DNA of 64,000 nucleotides from Schizochytrium sp. TIO01 (taxonomy: Eukaryota; Protista; Bigyra: Labyrinthulomycetes): the NCBI GenBank assembly GCA_004764695.1, contig SMSO01000035.1, positions 372,001 through 436,000 of the forward strand, given 5' to 3'. The notes under the pieces were generated by a model. That model was not told where the DNA came from. It ran no database searches and worked only from the letters and a program-made list of their open reading frames with translations. A program made the translations under genes and the position numbers. Shown in pieces: positions 20,291 through 32,783 of the stretch (its first letter is position 1; every line of letters starts with the position of its first letter).

Positions 20291-23200
20291 TGCAATCAAT
20301 TCAGATTCCAATATCCTTCGGCTAGTTTTTGAAGCCCAATTATTTCAAAGTCTATCAGGAGACAGAATTTCTAGACTCCCAACACTCGATGTCGACCTCG
20401 CGCAGGATTTATTTCACGGAGAAGTTTAGAGAGGAAAAAAAAATTGGTTAAGATCAAGAGTTGAGAGAAATGAAGTGGTCAAACCCCAACTCTAATGATG
20501 CAAAATAATGAAGCACTTCTCAGGAACGATCTGCAAGACCTTCTCTTCTGTGGAAGAACTAAGAATAAAGCAGACGTGGCTTCAACGTGGCTTAGGCGTA
20601 GACAGAGACGCCCGTGGCCCCTTGAAGGCGGTCGAATGACCAAAAGTATGCTTGCTCACTTGCCGCTGGCCAGCTAGCTGTGAAGATGATGAAATCTAGG
20701 GATCAAAACGCCTCTTCCGGCGTGACCAGCGATCCACAACTGCCGTGGCCTCTCCTCTGCACGAAGAGGTAGCCTCACTGTGTTAATATACTCGCGCCGC
20801 TCGAACAGCCTCTTGCTCGCTCGCTCGCGGCGCAGTCGCTGGCGGGCTCCTGCGCTGCGTCTTTGCTCGAAGCGGCAAGAAACTGAGAAGGAAACCCGAA
20901 ATAGCAAACAATACCTACTTCACATTATAGACAATAAATATCTCCAACTAGAGAATAGAACCTGCCTATTGGCCAACCTCGTTTTGTTCTACTTTATCCG
21001 AGTTTGTTCTACTTGCAACAACACTCCTCAAGTGACTTATACGCTACACACACTGTAGAGCAAACTGTTTGGAAGCCTGGGCTGGCCGCCACAGCCTCAT
21101 AACGTATACTCTAGTACTGCGTTAAGACCGATGGAGATTCGGGAAGGACCTTAATTAAGGCGGGTGCTTCGAGCGACGGATTAAGGTGGAGGCGTAAAGT
21201 GCCAGCTGGGACATGAGTAACCGGAGACACCATCGTATGGGACAGCGATGGCATGAAAAACTTCACTGGAGGCTCGGAAAGAGGTCGAGGTTGCTAATAG
21301 AGGCTGCTTGAGAAGAAGAATTTGTTGAATCTATGGATCGTCTCGGTCTGTGGGAGATTTTAATTGTCGGAGATAGCTTTGCGACTAATATATGGGCCTG
21401 AGTATGTGGGCCGGCAACTGATGCAGTTCATAAACATGCACGTCATAAGGCATGCTTTGGGGTTGCTGAGATCACAAGCCTTCTTGTCAGAAATCTAGTA
21501 TGATCTTTCTGATGCTCTCTCCCCCACTCCGTAGTTTTTTTTTTTTTTTCGGAGCTCGCCGCATGTACTAGCTGGAGAGTGTCTGCTAGATTGAGTCAAA
21601 TAGGTGCATAAATACCAACAATGAAAACGATTTATTATCCACGAAGCGCAAGAGCAAAGATCAAGCCCGTATCATAAGTTTACAATGTGGTTAGGCAAGA
21701 CTTTAAATATCCAACTTGGATGCTCAGCTATGAAAAGTACATGTGGAGGTGAATTCTGAGAATTTGTGATTGCATGTAGCCTTTAGGCTCAACTATGTAA
21801 GGATGAGGAAGGTATGCAACTTAATGAAATATGAGGCAAAGAGACAAGGTTAGTTTCAACTATCTTTAGGAACTTTCATGGTACCTGTAGACAGTTAAAA
21901 GTATGACCTTGCATTATATTTTGCTCAGGCTAAGCAAATAGCACCGTTAACTATCACTGAATTTTGCAGTCAAAAGATTGCGAAAGAACCTTGTTGGAGA
22001 CGCTTTCTTGGTAATCACTGATGGTAATCACTGTATGTTAAGTAAACAGAAATGCAGGCATGGACTTAAATAAGGCGCTGTAGACAGGGACTTTCTGTTA
22101 CATTGAGACTACTACTAGATCTCTTACTAATATCAAAGTCGACGAGAGTTGCCTCAGACCTAATCTTTCATGGTTGTGACAAAATCGTCGAAAGAAAAAA
22201 ACTATATGTTTGACGCGCGTACATTGTGCAGGAATTAAACACTGGAATACTATTTAAGGTAGAAAATAGGAAAGTCTTGATGTTTGTATGCTTATAGTGC
22301 TCGCTCAAATGAGAGAATGAGTCTTAGACTTAGCTTAGACAACCTTATGCCAGTGTTCCTACTCGTTACGCAGTAATTTCTCTCATTAGATGACTAAATG
22401 TTAGATTATTTCTTACCATTGTTCACTTAACTTCTTCTAAACTTCAAACAGAATGCTGGCAACTATTATCCATGACCCAAGACTGAATACCTGTATGCTG
22501 GGGTTTCTAATTGAAGATAACAAAATTCCAAAGAATTATTCTTGATCGAAAATTTCAAATTAGGCTCTCATGATTGAGAGATAAAAATATTCAAGATTTG
22601 TATATCATAAACAATAGAATGAGGATGACGACATCTAAATTTGTGTTTAAAGGGATCGGCTGGCCCTATCTCTTCAACTATGTTAATTACAATACGAAAT
22701 GATCAATTTTGAAATTCATTTTCAAAGCGAGCAGATCATTTACTAAGTCAAGAAACCCATGTCTACCCAAATATTGTTAGCCTTCTTCAAGCCTGAAGGC
22801 ATGTTTATTTCACCTTTTCAGCAACATTTAGGTCACCAGAGTTGTCTTTCAGTATGGAAATATTCTTCCATGAGGACCGAAATACTACTCCACCTCTTCT
22901 TTTATTCTCAAAGATCCATTTCACAAAATGCTACCTATACATGGTTACATATTCAAATTCCGAGTAAAGCAATTTAAATCTTTCTATCGTCTTGAGCTCC
23001 ATGGCATATTTATTCAGAGATATTATGAAAATACCAGAAGCAGACCTTGAGAGATGGGCATCGTTTTGGGGAAATAAGTTCACAAACACAAGAATACGAA
23101 AACTGAATTATCATTAACATATTTTTACTAATTCATCAAAATCCTCTAACTGAACTATCTTTGCGTACTCTACAAACCATTGTGAGGCACCATTTTATAA

Positions 23201-26108
23201 AGATTAATCCATTGGTATGCGTAGAGACACCATGGAAACACGTATGGTCAAGTGGCGTTTCAAGTTAAAATTTAGTATTGTGACAGAATATGTTGCGTAG
23301 GCTTAGAATTAGTTAGAAAGGGCAATTTCGCAACTACAGGCGATAGTTCAACAAATTGCAAAGTGCGTGATAAATACCCTTCACATTGAAGTTTCGTACG
23401 TTTGCGCGAAGTTTGCGCCCAGAGCGTGAATAAAGTGAAGTAGGAATGGTGGATTAGATCATGCTCTTCTTGCAAGAAAATTATTTTTGGTAGAAGTGAA
23501 TGTTTCCAACTTGAAGAACTTTTATTGATATTAAATAAAGAATATTGAACAAAAAATGAATCGCAGTTTTGTGTGGGTGTGTTTTGCTTGGTTCACCAGG
23601 TACACGTGCGTATTGTCATCTCCAGATCGCCTTCATCTGGCCAAGCTCGAAGACGCGAAACGTTGTTTTTAATTTGAATACTAGTACTGCAACCAATCAT
23701 TTCCTCTTTCTAACGACGCGGGGATCGCAACGAGTTCCATCGAAGTGGCGTTTATCGAGATGCCCTCGCTCGCGTTGGAGGCGAGGCAGTGAGTCTGTGT
23801 GTGTTTTTACCACGAAGTGCTACAATTCTCAGAGGTCCTACCTAGAATTGTGCTACAAATTTCGGCAAAGTGCGTAATGGAATGGTACTCTTTATATAAG
23901 AGTTTGTGTACCTGCCGAAGTCACAATGCAGTTTCGGACCTTTTATAGAGCTGCCGATCTTGATTTAATGGCGCTGTCGATTATAATTGTTGTAACAGAT
24001 CTGCCTTCTGCCCACTTTCACATCTTCGTGCCTTGCCGAGGCGAGTTTTGGTCCAACCAATCTGAAGATCACTTTTGTTTGTTTTAGTTTTGTTTTTGTA
24101 ATCTATTATACACACCCTGGGGAGCACCCTAGCTATCATACCTAGGTAGCTAGCTATCTTTCAAGACGCCGACTGGGTGGATAAGCTAGGCATTTAGTGC
24201 CCAAAGAAGCGAGAGCATAAGTATTACTTGAGAGACACGTAACAAGAGACTCGGATGAATAGGTAACAACAAGTAAGAAGTATCATTCATGGCCTACTAG
24301 AGCTGGATAGATCTTCCACTTTGATGAATCTTCAAGTTGTCCAGCTGGTCATTGCAAGAGCTGTGTCCTGCCAATTGGTTTGCGCGAATGCGTATCGACC
24401 CCGTTTGTGAATATAAATACCCTCGCACCCCGGCTCCTTGTAAGAAGCGTGGCAGGCTGAGGATGAGCACGATTCGTTTCTTCATTGTCTGGCACTCGAA
24501 AGAAAGCCCACTTTGGTGCAGATTGAAACCTGGCAGAGGTACTATTGTCAGGGTTTTCCAAGTCAAATGTAAGAAACGAATAAAATCATTGAATGATATC
24601 TGTCATAATGGCAGTCAAGCAAATCGCAGCGAGCAGCTATTTTCCATTGACAGTGATTGAAGTTGTCTGCGTGTGTAGAATGTTCCCTGATTGTTTCGAG
24701 TTTACCCATAACCCACCTTGATGTATTTACCGGACACTTAATTTCGCCCATTTCCGCATGGACTCAATCAACATGTAAGAAATTATCGATGAGCTTCAGC
24801 ACAAAATTGAATGCACGCATTTTCTTCAAGCCGTTGCTGCTCAGTTGGCCCAAAGCTTCTACCGTTGCCATTTCCATGTATGGATGGCAACGCCTTGGTC
24901 GATCTTGTGTTTTTTAAGTTTACTTCATCAGAATATGCCGCGAGGGTGGCTATGGTGATGATGACCATCAGGAAACGAGGCGATTTTCTTTTGCATGGCT
25001 ACCACCCTTTCTAAAGCCTGAGTTCAATGAAGTACCTATTACTAATGAACTATTAGGTTCTTATCTAGGCCTACCTACCCATGCTCTCACGGAAAGCCAA
25101 ATCAAAACAGGAACATTTATTGTAGTTCTGGAGGACGCAACATCTTCCACATACTCACGACAACCTGAGTATCATGTTGGCCCACTATAAAGTTCACTCT
25201 CGATCACCAGTGGGTGCGGCCAAGCCTGCCTAATTTCTTAGAGTTTCAAACGATGATGTTTTTGCTCAGAAGGTTGAATGTCTTCTGCATCTGCGGCTGT
25301 TTCTTAATTTTTTAATAACTTAGAAAGAAAGATGAAGATGTTATAGGCATCAATCTACTACTAGAGTTTCTTATAATCTTTTAATTTCTAATTTCTGTAT
25401 TCTAATTTCCTACAGTTCTTGTTCATGTTGATCTCGATCAGTGCAGCAAGGACAGTGCGACCTTTTGGGTGCAGCCTTTTGCGAACGTCATTCACCAAAT
25501 ACCTAAACCGCATTTGCATTGCAACAGCATAAATAGTGATTCGCGCAGGCTTGAAGAGGCGTCCTTCCCCTAGGCCGCAGGGAGTAAGTAGCTAGAAGGC
25601 ATCCAAACTCTGAAGTTGCCTAATCTTCAAAATACCCCGGCAGAGCCCGAACTCGTCCGCCAGGCCTTCACCAATTCAGAAATAAGGCACTGGGCATACC
25701 AAAGACCGCAAGGCCAGGGCAACTGCTCCTTGCTCTGTTTACTTGGACGGACTGTGAAGATCTTGAATAGAAGGTCTCACATTCCTGATAGAGTTAAGTA
25801 TTAAAACTCGCGAGGCACACTGGACCCTTTTGTTCAGTGCGTGCGAGGGGTCCCAAACTCGGCCTAATATTATCTTGCAAATCCGTAGTTTACAACCTCT
25901 CTTGCAATATCTTCTTCAAGGTTCTTCGCGTAGCTGCAAGTTGAAATATTAAACGCAAAGCACTACAGGCAAAGTTTGCGTCTCCTACTACGTGGGGAAG
26001 ACAAGGTATACAACCTTTAGTTCGTGGAGAGGATAAGCCAAGTCTGTTGAAATCAAATTTTGCGAGGCAAAACGATTGGAGAAAACCAGCGGATGCTAGT
26101 GTGATAAG

Positions 26109-28904
26109 ATGTCAGACAATCTTCCTGGCAATGAAACGTCGGATATTGTGGTGTACAAGGCGGTACTGTTCCCATTCTTCGTAATTATTATAGGCATCAC
26201 TGTCTCTTATGTGTTGTCTCGATTCGCACCAATGGTGCCTTATACTGCAGTAATGTACGTTATCGGCACAGTCATGGGGGTGGTGAGCTCAGAAACAAGC
26301 GGTTCAAATGTTCTGAAAGAGTCAATCACCTTATGGTCAGAGATAGATCCTGAATTGCTACTGCTGACATTCTTGCCGGCGCTGATCTTTGGTGATGCTT
26401 TGCAAGTAAATTGGCACTTATTTCAAAAATCTTTGCCTCAAACCTTAACTTTGGCATTTCCGGGTGTGTTGGTGGGAACGCTGCTGACAGGTTATGTTGT
26501 CTACTATATTTTCCCGATGGGGTGGTCGCTCAACTTGTGTTTGACGTTGGGTGCCATTCTGTCAGCTACTGACCCAGTGGCTGTAACAGCAACTTTGGAT
26601 GATGTGGACGCACCCCCGCGACTCAAGATGATCATTCAAGGCGAAGCCATGCTTAATGATGGCTCTGCGATTGTGTTTTTTACTATTTTTTCTGAGTTGT
26701 ACCTTGCTGAGCAAGGTATTGAGGGAGTTGGCGAAAAATATGATATTCCTACAGGTATTGCCAAGTTTTTCCGGATGAGCATCGGCGGAGCTTTAGTTGG
26801 CATTGCATTTTCAATCATGTTAAACTTTGTGATGTGGCGACTAAACCGCAAACTGGATCAGTCTGAAATGCTCCTCCAAGTCGCTGCGACAATTGCGTTT
26901 GCTTACATGAGCTACTTTGTCGCAGAAGTGGTATGCGGAACGAGTGGTGTGCTTTCAGTTCTATTCTGTGGTGTTACTACATCAGGTTTTGGTTTGACCA
27001 TGGTTCATGATCTCGTGATGCTCAACAATGTTTGGGACATGATCGAGTACTTGGGTAATACCTTGCTTTTTTGCTTAGGTGGTGTGGTATGGGGTATGTC
27101 CATGGTTGGCACGAGTCCTCTATTTTCACGCGAAGCATATGCATATATATTGGTACTCTTTGTGTTCATGACACTAATCCGCATTGCAGTTCTAGGAGTG
27201 TTTTACCCAGTGACTACGCGTTTAGGTATGGGCGCGAATTTTGCAGAAAACGTCGTAGCATGGTGGGGTGGCCTGCGCGGTGCTGTTGGCATTGCCCTGG
27301 CGCTGTCATTAACAAACGATGGAGATGAACTGCTCACTGGAACTGCACAAGAGAAGGTTCAGCAAGAAACGTCGGTGCTCTTTGGATTTGTAGGAGCAAT
27401 GGCGCTGCTGACATTGATTATAAACGCCCCTTTCGTAGAACCTCTGCTACGCAAACTAAAGCTCATTGGATCCTCCAAAGCACGATTACTCGTACTTCAA
27501 TGCTGGCATGAAGGCATGCGTCGCGAGATGGTTGATCGTTTAGCAGAGCTCTTAGAGCATCACAAATTTGCTTCGTGCGATGTAGATATTATCCGTGCTC
27601 ATGTTCCGGTTCTGAAGGATGTTGCAGACGTTGAACTTGACGAAGCTCGAGAGATGTTACGTTTACAGAAGGCAGACGAAGCAGCTGCGGACGCAGAAGC
27701 TGGTGTAGGAGATACTGACTTACTATTAACCTTCAAAAGCTTTGATAGCCTGGATCCAGCGCTGGCAATGTCAGATGACGACGAATCTTTCCATCGAAAA
27801 TCCCAAGGTCACTCAAGCAAGCGCTCGAACAAGCGAGATTTGACACACGGTACGCTTACAACGCCATTTGATCGTTCAGAGCTATCGAACTATGGCTCTT
27901 CACGAGCACAAAAGGTACTGGCTCGCCAGGTTCACTCAGATAGCGAGCGTGATGAAGCTGCGTATGATCATTTGGATTCAAATCATGATCCACAAATGGA
28001 CTCAGTCTCTCGTGCAATGTCTGCGGAAGAGGGTTTACAGGAACGCCCTAAAACGACCAACAGGATTGCGCGAAGTCCATCCTGGCGCAATAGTGTTCGA
28101 GTGCGACGCCAAGGCGCAGGTAACGTGGAATTGCCAATGTATGCACAACAGGATTTTAAGCGACTTGTGTCTCGGGCAAGCTATGAAGGTAGTCTTGTGA
28201 TGGGAGACCAGCAACGTGAAATTCAACAGCGTGCAAAAGAACTGCGAGAAATTTTTGTGAACTTGCAGAGATACTCTTACTGGAAACAGATTGAAGACAG
28301 TGAGTTGTCAACACACAAAATTGTTGATTATACACTACTACAGTCATGTGATATTTCGGCGAGTCGGGTTGCTCAAGGTGGCAAGATCGATGACTGGTCT
28401 ATCCTCATGAAGGATGTGACAGACACTCGACAGTCTTTTGTGGAGGCGTTCATGGCAAGTTTGTTACGGTATGGGCGCCGTACAAGTGTAAATTTGGCCA
28501 AGGAGTATGAGCACCAGCTCCGTGTTATCATCGCTTCTGCTTTTATTGATGCCCATCGAAATGCTCAACGTGAACTTCGGCTACAGTTTTCGGACATTAG
28601 AGGGCGTCTTGCTATCGCTGAAGATCTTGTACTTCAGGAGTCACAGGCCCAGGTTGAATTGGCACGAAAGTATATCGAAGAAGCCCCGGATAATCTCGTT
28701 CGGGTGTGGATCTCGCATTTAGTAGCCGTGATATTGCTCAATGTACAGGTCCGTTTAATTCGACGTGGTAAAAGCCATGGATATTTGCAAGAGCGAGAGG
28801 TTGTGAAACTTTTTGAATCTGTCAACGAAGCATTACAGCGCGTACAGTATTGCCGTAGTCGTCCGGAAGACCATGACCAAGTGTCGCAACACGCTGCAGT
28901 TTAA
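26109..28904 (+). CDS. CPA1 Na+/H+ antiporter, SOS1/NHX7-like
   Basis: Motifs FLPALIF, LSATDPVAV, GEAMLNDGSAIV and WWGGLRGAVGIALAL. SOS1-like helical cytosolic region (AFIDAHRNAQ...VLQESQAQV...GYLQERE). Confidence 0.92.
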   Translation: MSDNLPGNETSDIVVYKAVLFPFFVIIIGITVSYVLSRFAPMVPYTAVMYVIGTVMGVVSSETSGSNVLKESITLWSEIDPELLLLTFLPALIFGDALQVNWHLFQKSLPQTLTLAFPGVLVGTLLTGYVVYYIFPMGWSLNLCLTLGAILSATDPVAVTATLDDVDAPPRLKMIIQGEAMLNDGSAIVFFTIFSELYLAEQGIEGVGEKYDIPTGIAKFFRMSIGGALVGIAFSIMLNFVMWRLNRKLDQSEMLLQVAATIAFAYMSYFVAEVVCGTSGVLSVLFCGVTTSGFGLTMVHDLVMLNNVWDMIEYLGNTLLFCLGGVVWGMSMVGTSPLFSREAYAYILVLFVFMTLIRIAVLGVFYPVTTRLGMGANFAENVVAWWGGLRGAVGIALALSLTNDGDELLTGTAQEKVQQETSVLFGFVGAMALLTLIINAPFVEPLLRKLKLIGSSKARLLVLQCWHEGMRREMVDRLAELLEHHKFASCDVDIIRAHVPVLKDVADVELDEAREMLRLQKADEAAADAEAGVGDTDLLLTFKSFDSLDPALAMSDDDESFHRKSQGHSSKRSNKRDLTHGTLTTPFDRSELSNYGSSRAQKVLARQVHSDSERDEAAYDHLDSNHDPQMDSVSRAMSAEEGLQERPKTTNRIARSPSWRNSVRVRRQGAGNVELPMYAQQDFKRLVSRASYEGSLVMGDQQREIQQRAKELREIFVNLQRYSYWKQIEDSELSTHKIVDYTLLQSCDISASRVAQGGKIDDWSILMKDVTDTRQSFVEAFMASLLRYGRRTSVNLAKEYEHQLRVIIASAFIDAHRNAQRELRLQFSDIRGRLAIAEDLVLQESQAQVELARKYIEEAPDNLVRVWISHLVAVILLNVQVRLIRRGKSHGYLQEREVVKLFESVNEALQRVQYCRSRPEDHDQVSQHAAV

Positions 28905-31900
28905 GCATAATTTGAAAGTGAGCATATCTAGTCCAGTTTGCTATCTCTTTTTACGTTTTGCGCACATTGCAATAGGTATACTCCAGTTGAGAGCCGGTGG
29001 AGGATACAGTGCAGGCATGTGACAATGATGTATTCTGTTATAATTGTTTCACTTTGAAGATTTTACTGAACTTTATATAATGATTTTTGTTATTGTAAAA
29101 TTAATCTTGCTCCCTTCCCCACTATCTACAACTTATTCTGATTATGTATTGTTCGCTGCGTCGGATGTTTGAGAGTGATCGGAGTATTCATTATATTATT
29201 AATGTATAACTAGAATATACGAGGCAGAGCCAGAAGACCAGCATAGCGCATTAGAACATATTAACATGTTTCTAGCACAATGCAAGAAATTTGAGGCATT
29301 GTCCATGTTCAAAGTAAGTATCCTTAGAAATTTACCACATGTAGTAGTTTATTTTTGATTTCACAAATCCAACCTCGTAAGGTAAGAATAATGATTAGGA
29401 GTTGAACTATCAAACATGAAACCCTATTTAACATCTGAAGACCTGATTTGGTCCATGTCCAAAGTTGGAAGCGAATCGTTAACATGGAGACATATTAATC
29501 TCATTGATTGCTTGTTCCAACAAAATCTGGTATTATGGTCCTATGAAAAGGCCAGCTCACCAGTTGATGGTTGAAAAATAAAACTTGAAAAACAAAAAAA
29601 GGGTTCTCAGAAGACCACGAGAAAGAGTTCATTTTCCTAGTGCGGTGTTGTGTTTTCGGACATATTTGGATGCTCCAACGGTGTTCATTCGAACAGTTCA
29701 GTTGGTGTACGCGCTCAGACACACTTATAACTTTGCACTGCATCCTTTTCACGTTGCCAAAAAGCGCGTCTGAAAAAATCCCCGCTGCTACAAAGAAAGT
29801 TAGGAAATGTGAGTCTTGTGGTATATTGTGTTTTCATGGACGCATTAGTGTATTAGCAAAGAGCGGGAAAAGAGACGCTTTGCTACCTTCACGCCTTTGA
29901 TTCCTGATCAGTGTTTCCGATTTCACTTCGTTCTCTACCAAACCTCAATCTATGGTGATGTCTACACTGCACAATGCACTCATCGTGCTCCCTCAAATGC
30001 AATTTTTTCCCTCCATCACTTTATGATTTAAGGTTTAAACGAAACGAGTTTGGGGTGGGGCATTTGTGGAATCACAGAGTGGAAGGGCCTAAAGCTAACT
30101 AGTAACTATTCACTGTGCGCACATCCAACGGGGGTTTCACATGAAAGTGCGCGAGCTCAATTTCGCGCTCTGGGCAGTGGTTGGGTGTTAAAATCCAATG
30201 GAGACTACGAGACTCCTTCTGAACGCGATTTTACTCACTTCTTCATTTGTTCAATTTCAAAATTCACAAAAAGAAAATGTAATGTGTTGTGTCTATTTAC
30301 TTGCCCTTTCCATTCATGAAAAAGGAGGTTCCCTCAAAATGGATAAACACAAAGCATCTGGTTGGTCATCGTGACTCATGGATGTTGGAGATTCCAAAGC
30401 GCAGAGGCGTGGGCATTCACCAGCAAATACACTGAGCGTATATATTATGTATCTGTACAACTTGAAAAAAAGAAAAAGAAAGAAAAAATCTTGACTTTTG
30501 ATAGAACAACAAGCTAAATGCAAGAATAAGAAAGTGTTGAAAAAAGTGAAAAGTGAAATAATCTCTGGGCCTGCATTTTTATAATTTTATTTTGTTTGTC
30601 TTCGAATTGGCCACTGAATTTAAGTATTTGCAACGTGCGCATTATTGTTAAAAAAGTTTTCAAGCACGACTTGTACGCGCTATGTTTTATCAAATTTTAA
30701 ATGAGAACATACCTGTAAATCTAGCTCATGACAACATCCTGAGGTATGGGTTCAAGCCCATTTGAAATCTGTTTTGCTTTCTTACGAAGGAAACGAATAT
30801 CTGCGATCAATTCTAATTAATCAGGTGAGGTAGTCGTAGTCCCAAGTCTTTCGCAGGTGCAGATGACGCTATCCTTGCGTGCCTCACATCAGCGAGTAGA
30901 AAAGATGACTTACGGATTTAGATTACAAGAGGATATGTATACTTAGGATCTCTCAAGACCCCAAACGCTTACAGGTTTGTAATTTAGTATAAATTTAAAA
31001 GAAAAAAATGTATCGTCAGAATTCTAAACCATTACTCCATCTAAGAAAGAAGATCAGTTGATTTCGACGCGATCCAATTGGGGCTCGCATGCGTCACTTC
31101 AGATGGTCATCGATGTCATGCGAGTAAAATATTCATTCGAACTGGCTTTTCAATCAACAATAAATAACTCCTACGGTTTGTCAAAGAACCTTCGCTCCTC
31201 CTTATTATTGTGATTTGTTTCGAAGAACAATGTTTGCATTACTTCATTTGTCTACCTACAAAGGAAATTTTCCCTTGTTTAAAGAAAAGATGGACGAAAA
31301 TTACTGGCATGTTGAGCATGTTTCACATAGAGTGGACATGCATGTCTTTTTGTCCAGGATAATCACTTGCACTAAAAAAGCTTATGATTGAGACGTGTAT
31401 TTTTATACGCGAGCTCGCAAGGAGAGGCCGAAAAAACAGGCTATATCAAAATTTGTAAAAGCTTCGCAGGACTCAACTATATCGACTATTAAGGGAGGGC
31501 ATTACAGTCCTCCCCCGAATAGAATCCATTTGGACTTTTCTTTTGATTAGCTAGTCAATTGGTCTAGAGAATAGAGTCAGCTTCCGCTGGCAATGTGCAC
31601 AGATGCACTGCGATGAAGCCACGGACATGTGCAAACCTATACTTCCAATGTACACTATTGCTTGTGCCTTTGGCACTGTGAGAAAAGCGGACCGACGAGC
31701 ACTTTATTGTATCTCTTTAAGCTCACAGTTGCTTGGCGGTTATCCTTGCTTAATGTAATTTCACATCATACAGGCGTTGGCATGCCTGGATAGTAGTTGC
31801 CGTAGTTTAAGATTATAAACTGCAGGCTTTTGCACCTCACGGGAGCGCATTAGGAGGTGTAATACTACTGTTACTATTTTTACAAAGTAGGAAACGAAAC

Positions 31901-32715
31901 GAAACGAACGAACGAACGAAACCAAAAGAAAAGAAAAGAAAGTCCTCTCTGGTACAGAGCAGCGTAGGTTTGGGATTTTTAATCGCACAAATTCAAGTTT
32001 CTGTCGAGGTCTTGCTGAGTGAATGTGCCATGAAACAAAGATCGTAGAAACGATTGACGCAGATCCCTCCTTGAGCAGCTTCAAAGTTCTCATTCCTTCG
32101 AGTGATAGCGGTAAGATAGTTAAACGTATCGTGTGTTGAAGGAAAGGGTCCCACGCTTTTCTGGCTACCGTTATTTCATTGTGTTGCGTGCAGGACACTC
32201 TATTTTATTATGGCACAAAAGCAAGGTCCTCAGCTCTGTCGCTGTCTCCACGTTTTGCTGTCAATCCTTGCTCTTCGCGACGGTCCATCGAACACCAAGC
32301 TCACAAGCTATCAATACATCATGTCGCTCTAGAGAATCAAATCACATGTGCGAATCACTCGTATTTGAGGTAAAGACCGAGCAAGAGCCTCAGTAGTAAA
32401 ATTATAGCAGTAGTAGTATCAATAATAGTGAAGTCGGTTTAACCGCCCTCGTTTCATCGATAGATCTCTCAACCAATCAGTCCCATGTAAAGCGGTCCCT
32501 GACTTCCTGGCGATGCTGCAGAGACAGCTTTAACTCAACCTCGCAATCAATCAACCAATCAACACGAGCTGTTTCTGCGATTCGCCTCAAGAGACGAGGC
32601 ACCACCATCATCATCAAAACTCAGTAGCGCCATCGTGTCCAAAGATCTCACTCTTTGCACGCATTTACGCATGCATCAACAAATCGATTGGGACTGAGTG
32701 CAGAGACATCTATGC

Positions 32716-32783
32716 ATCAATGCATCAATGTATCAATGTATCAATGTATCAATGTATCAATGTATCAATGTATCAATCAATGT
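32716..32783. repeat. (ATCAATGT)n octamer tandem repeat
   Basis: Direct reading: atcaatgt/atcaatgc units in tandem. Confidence 0.9.

Noticed and set aside
24297-25014. Cluster of short ORFs on both strands resembling a pseudogene
   Set aside because: All three minus-strand frames contain multiple stops and no recognisable motif.
30720-30762. tRNA-like pieces (TAGCTCA ... GGGTTCAAGCCC)
   Set aside because: Spacing is too short for D and anticodon arms, there is no acceptor stem, and T-arm geometry is wrong.
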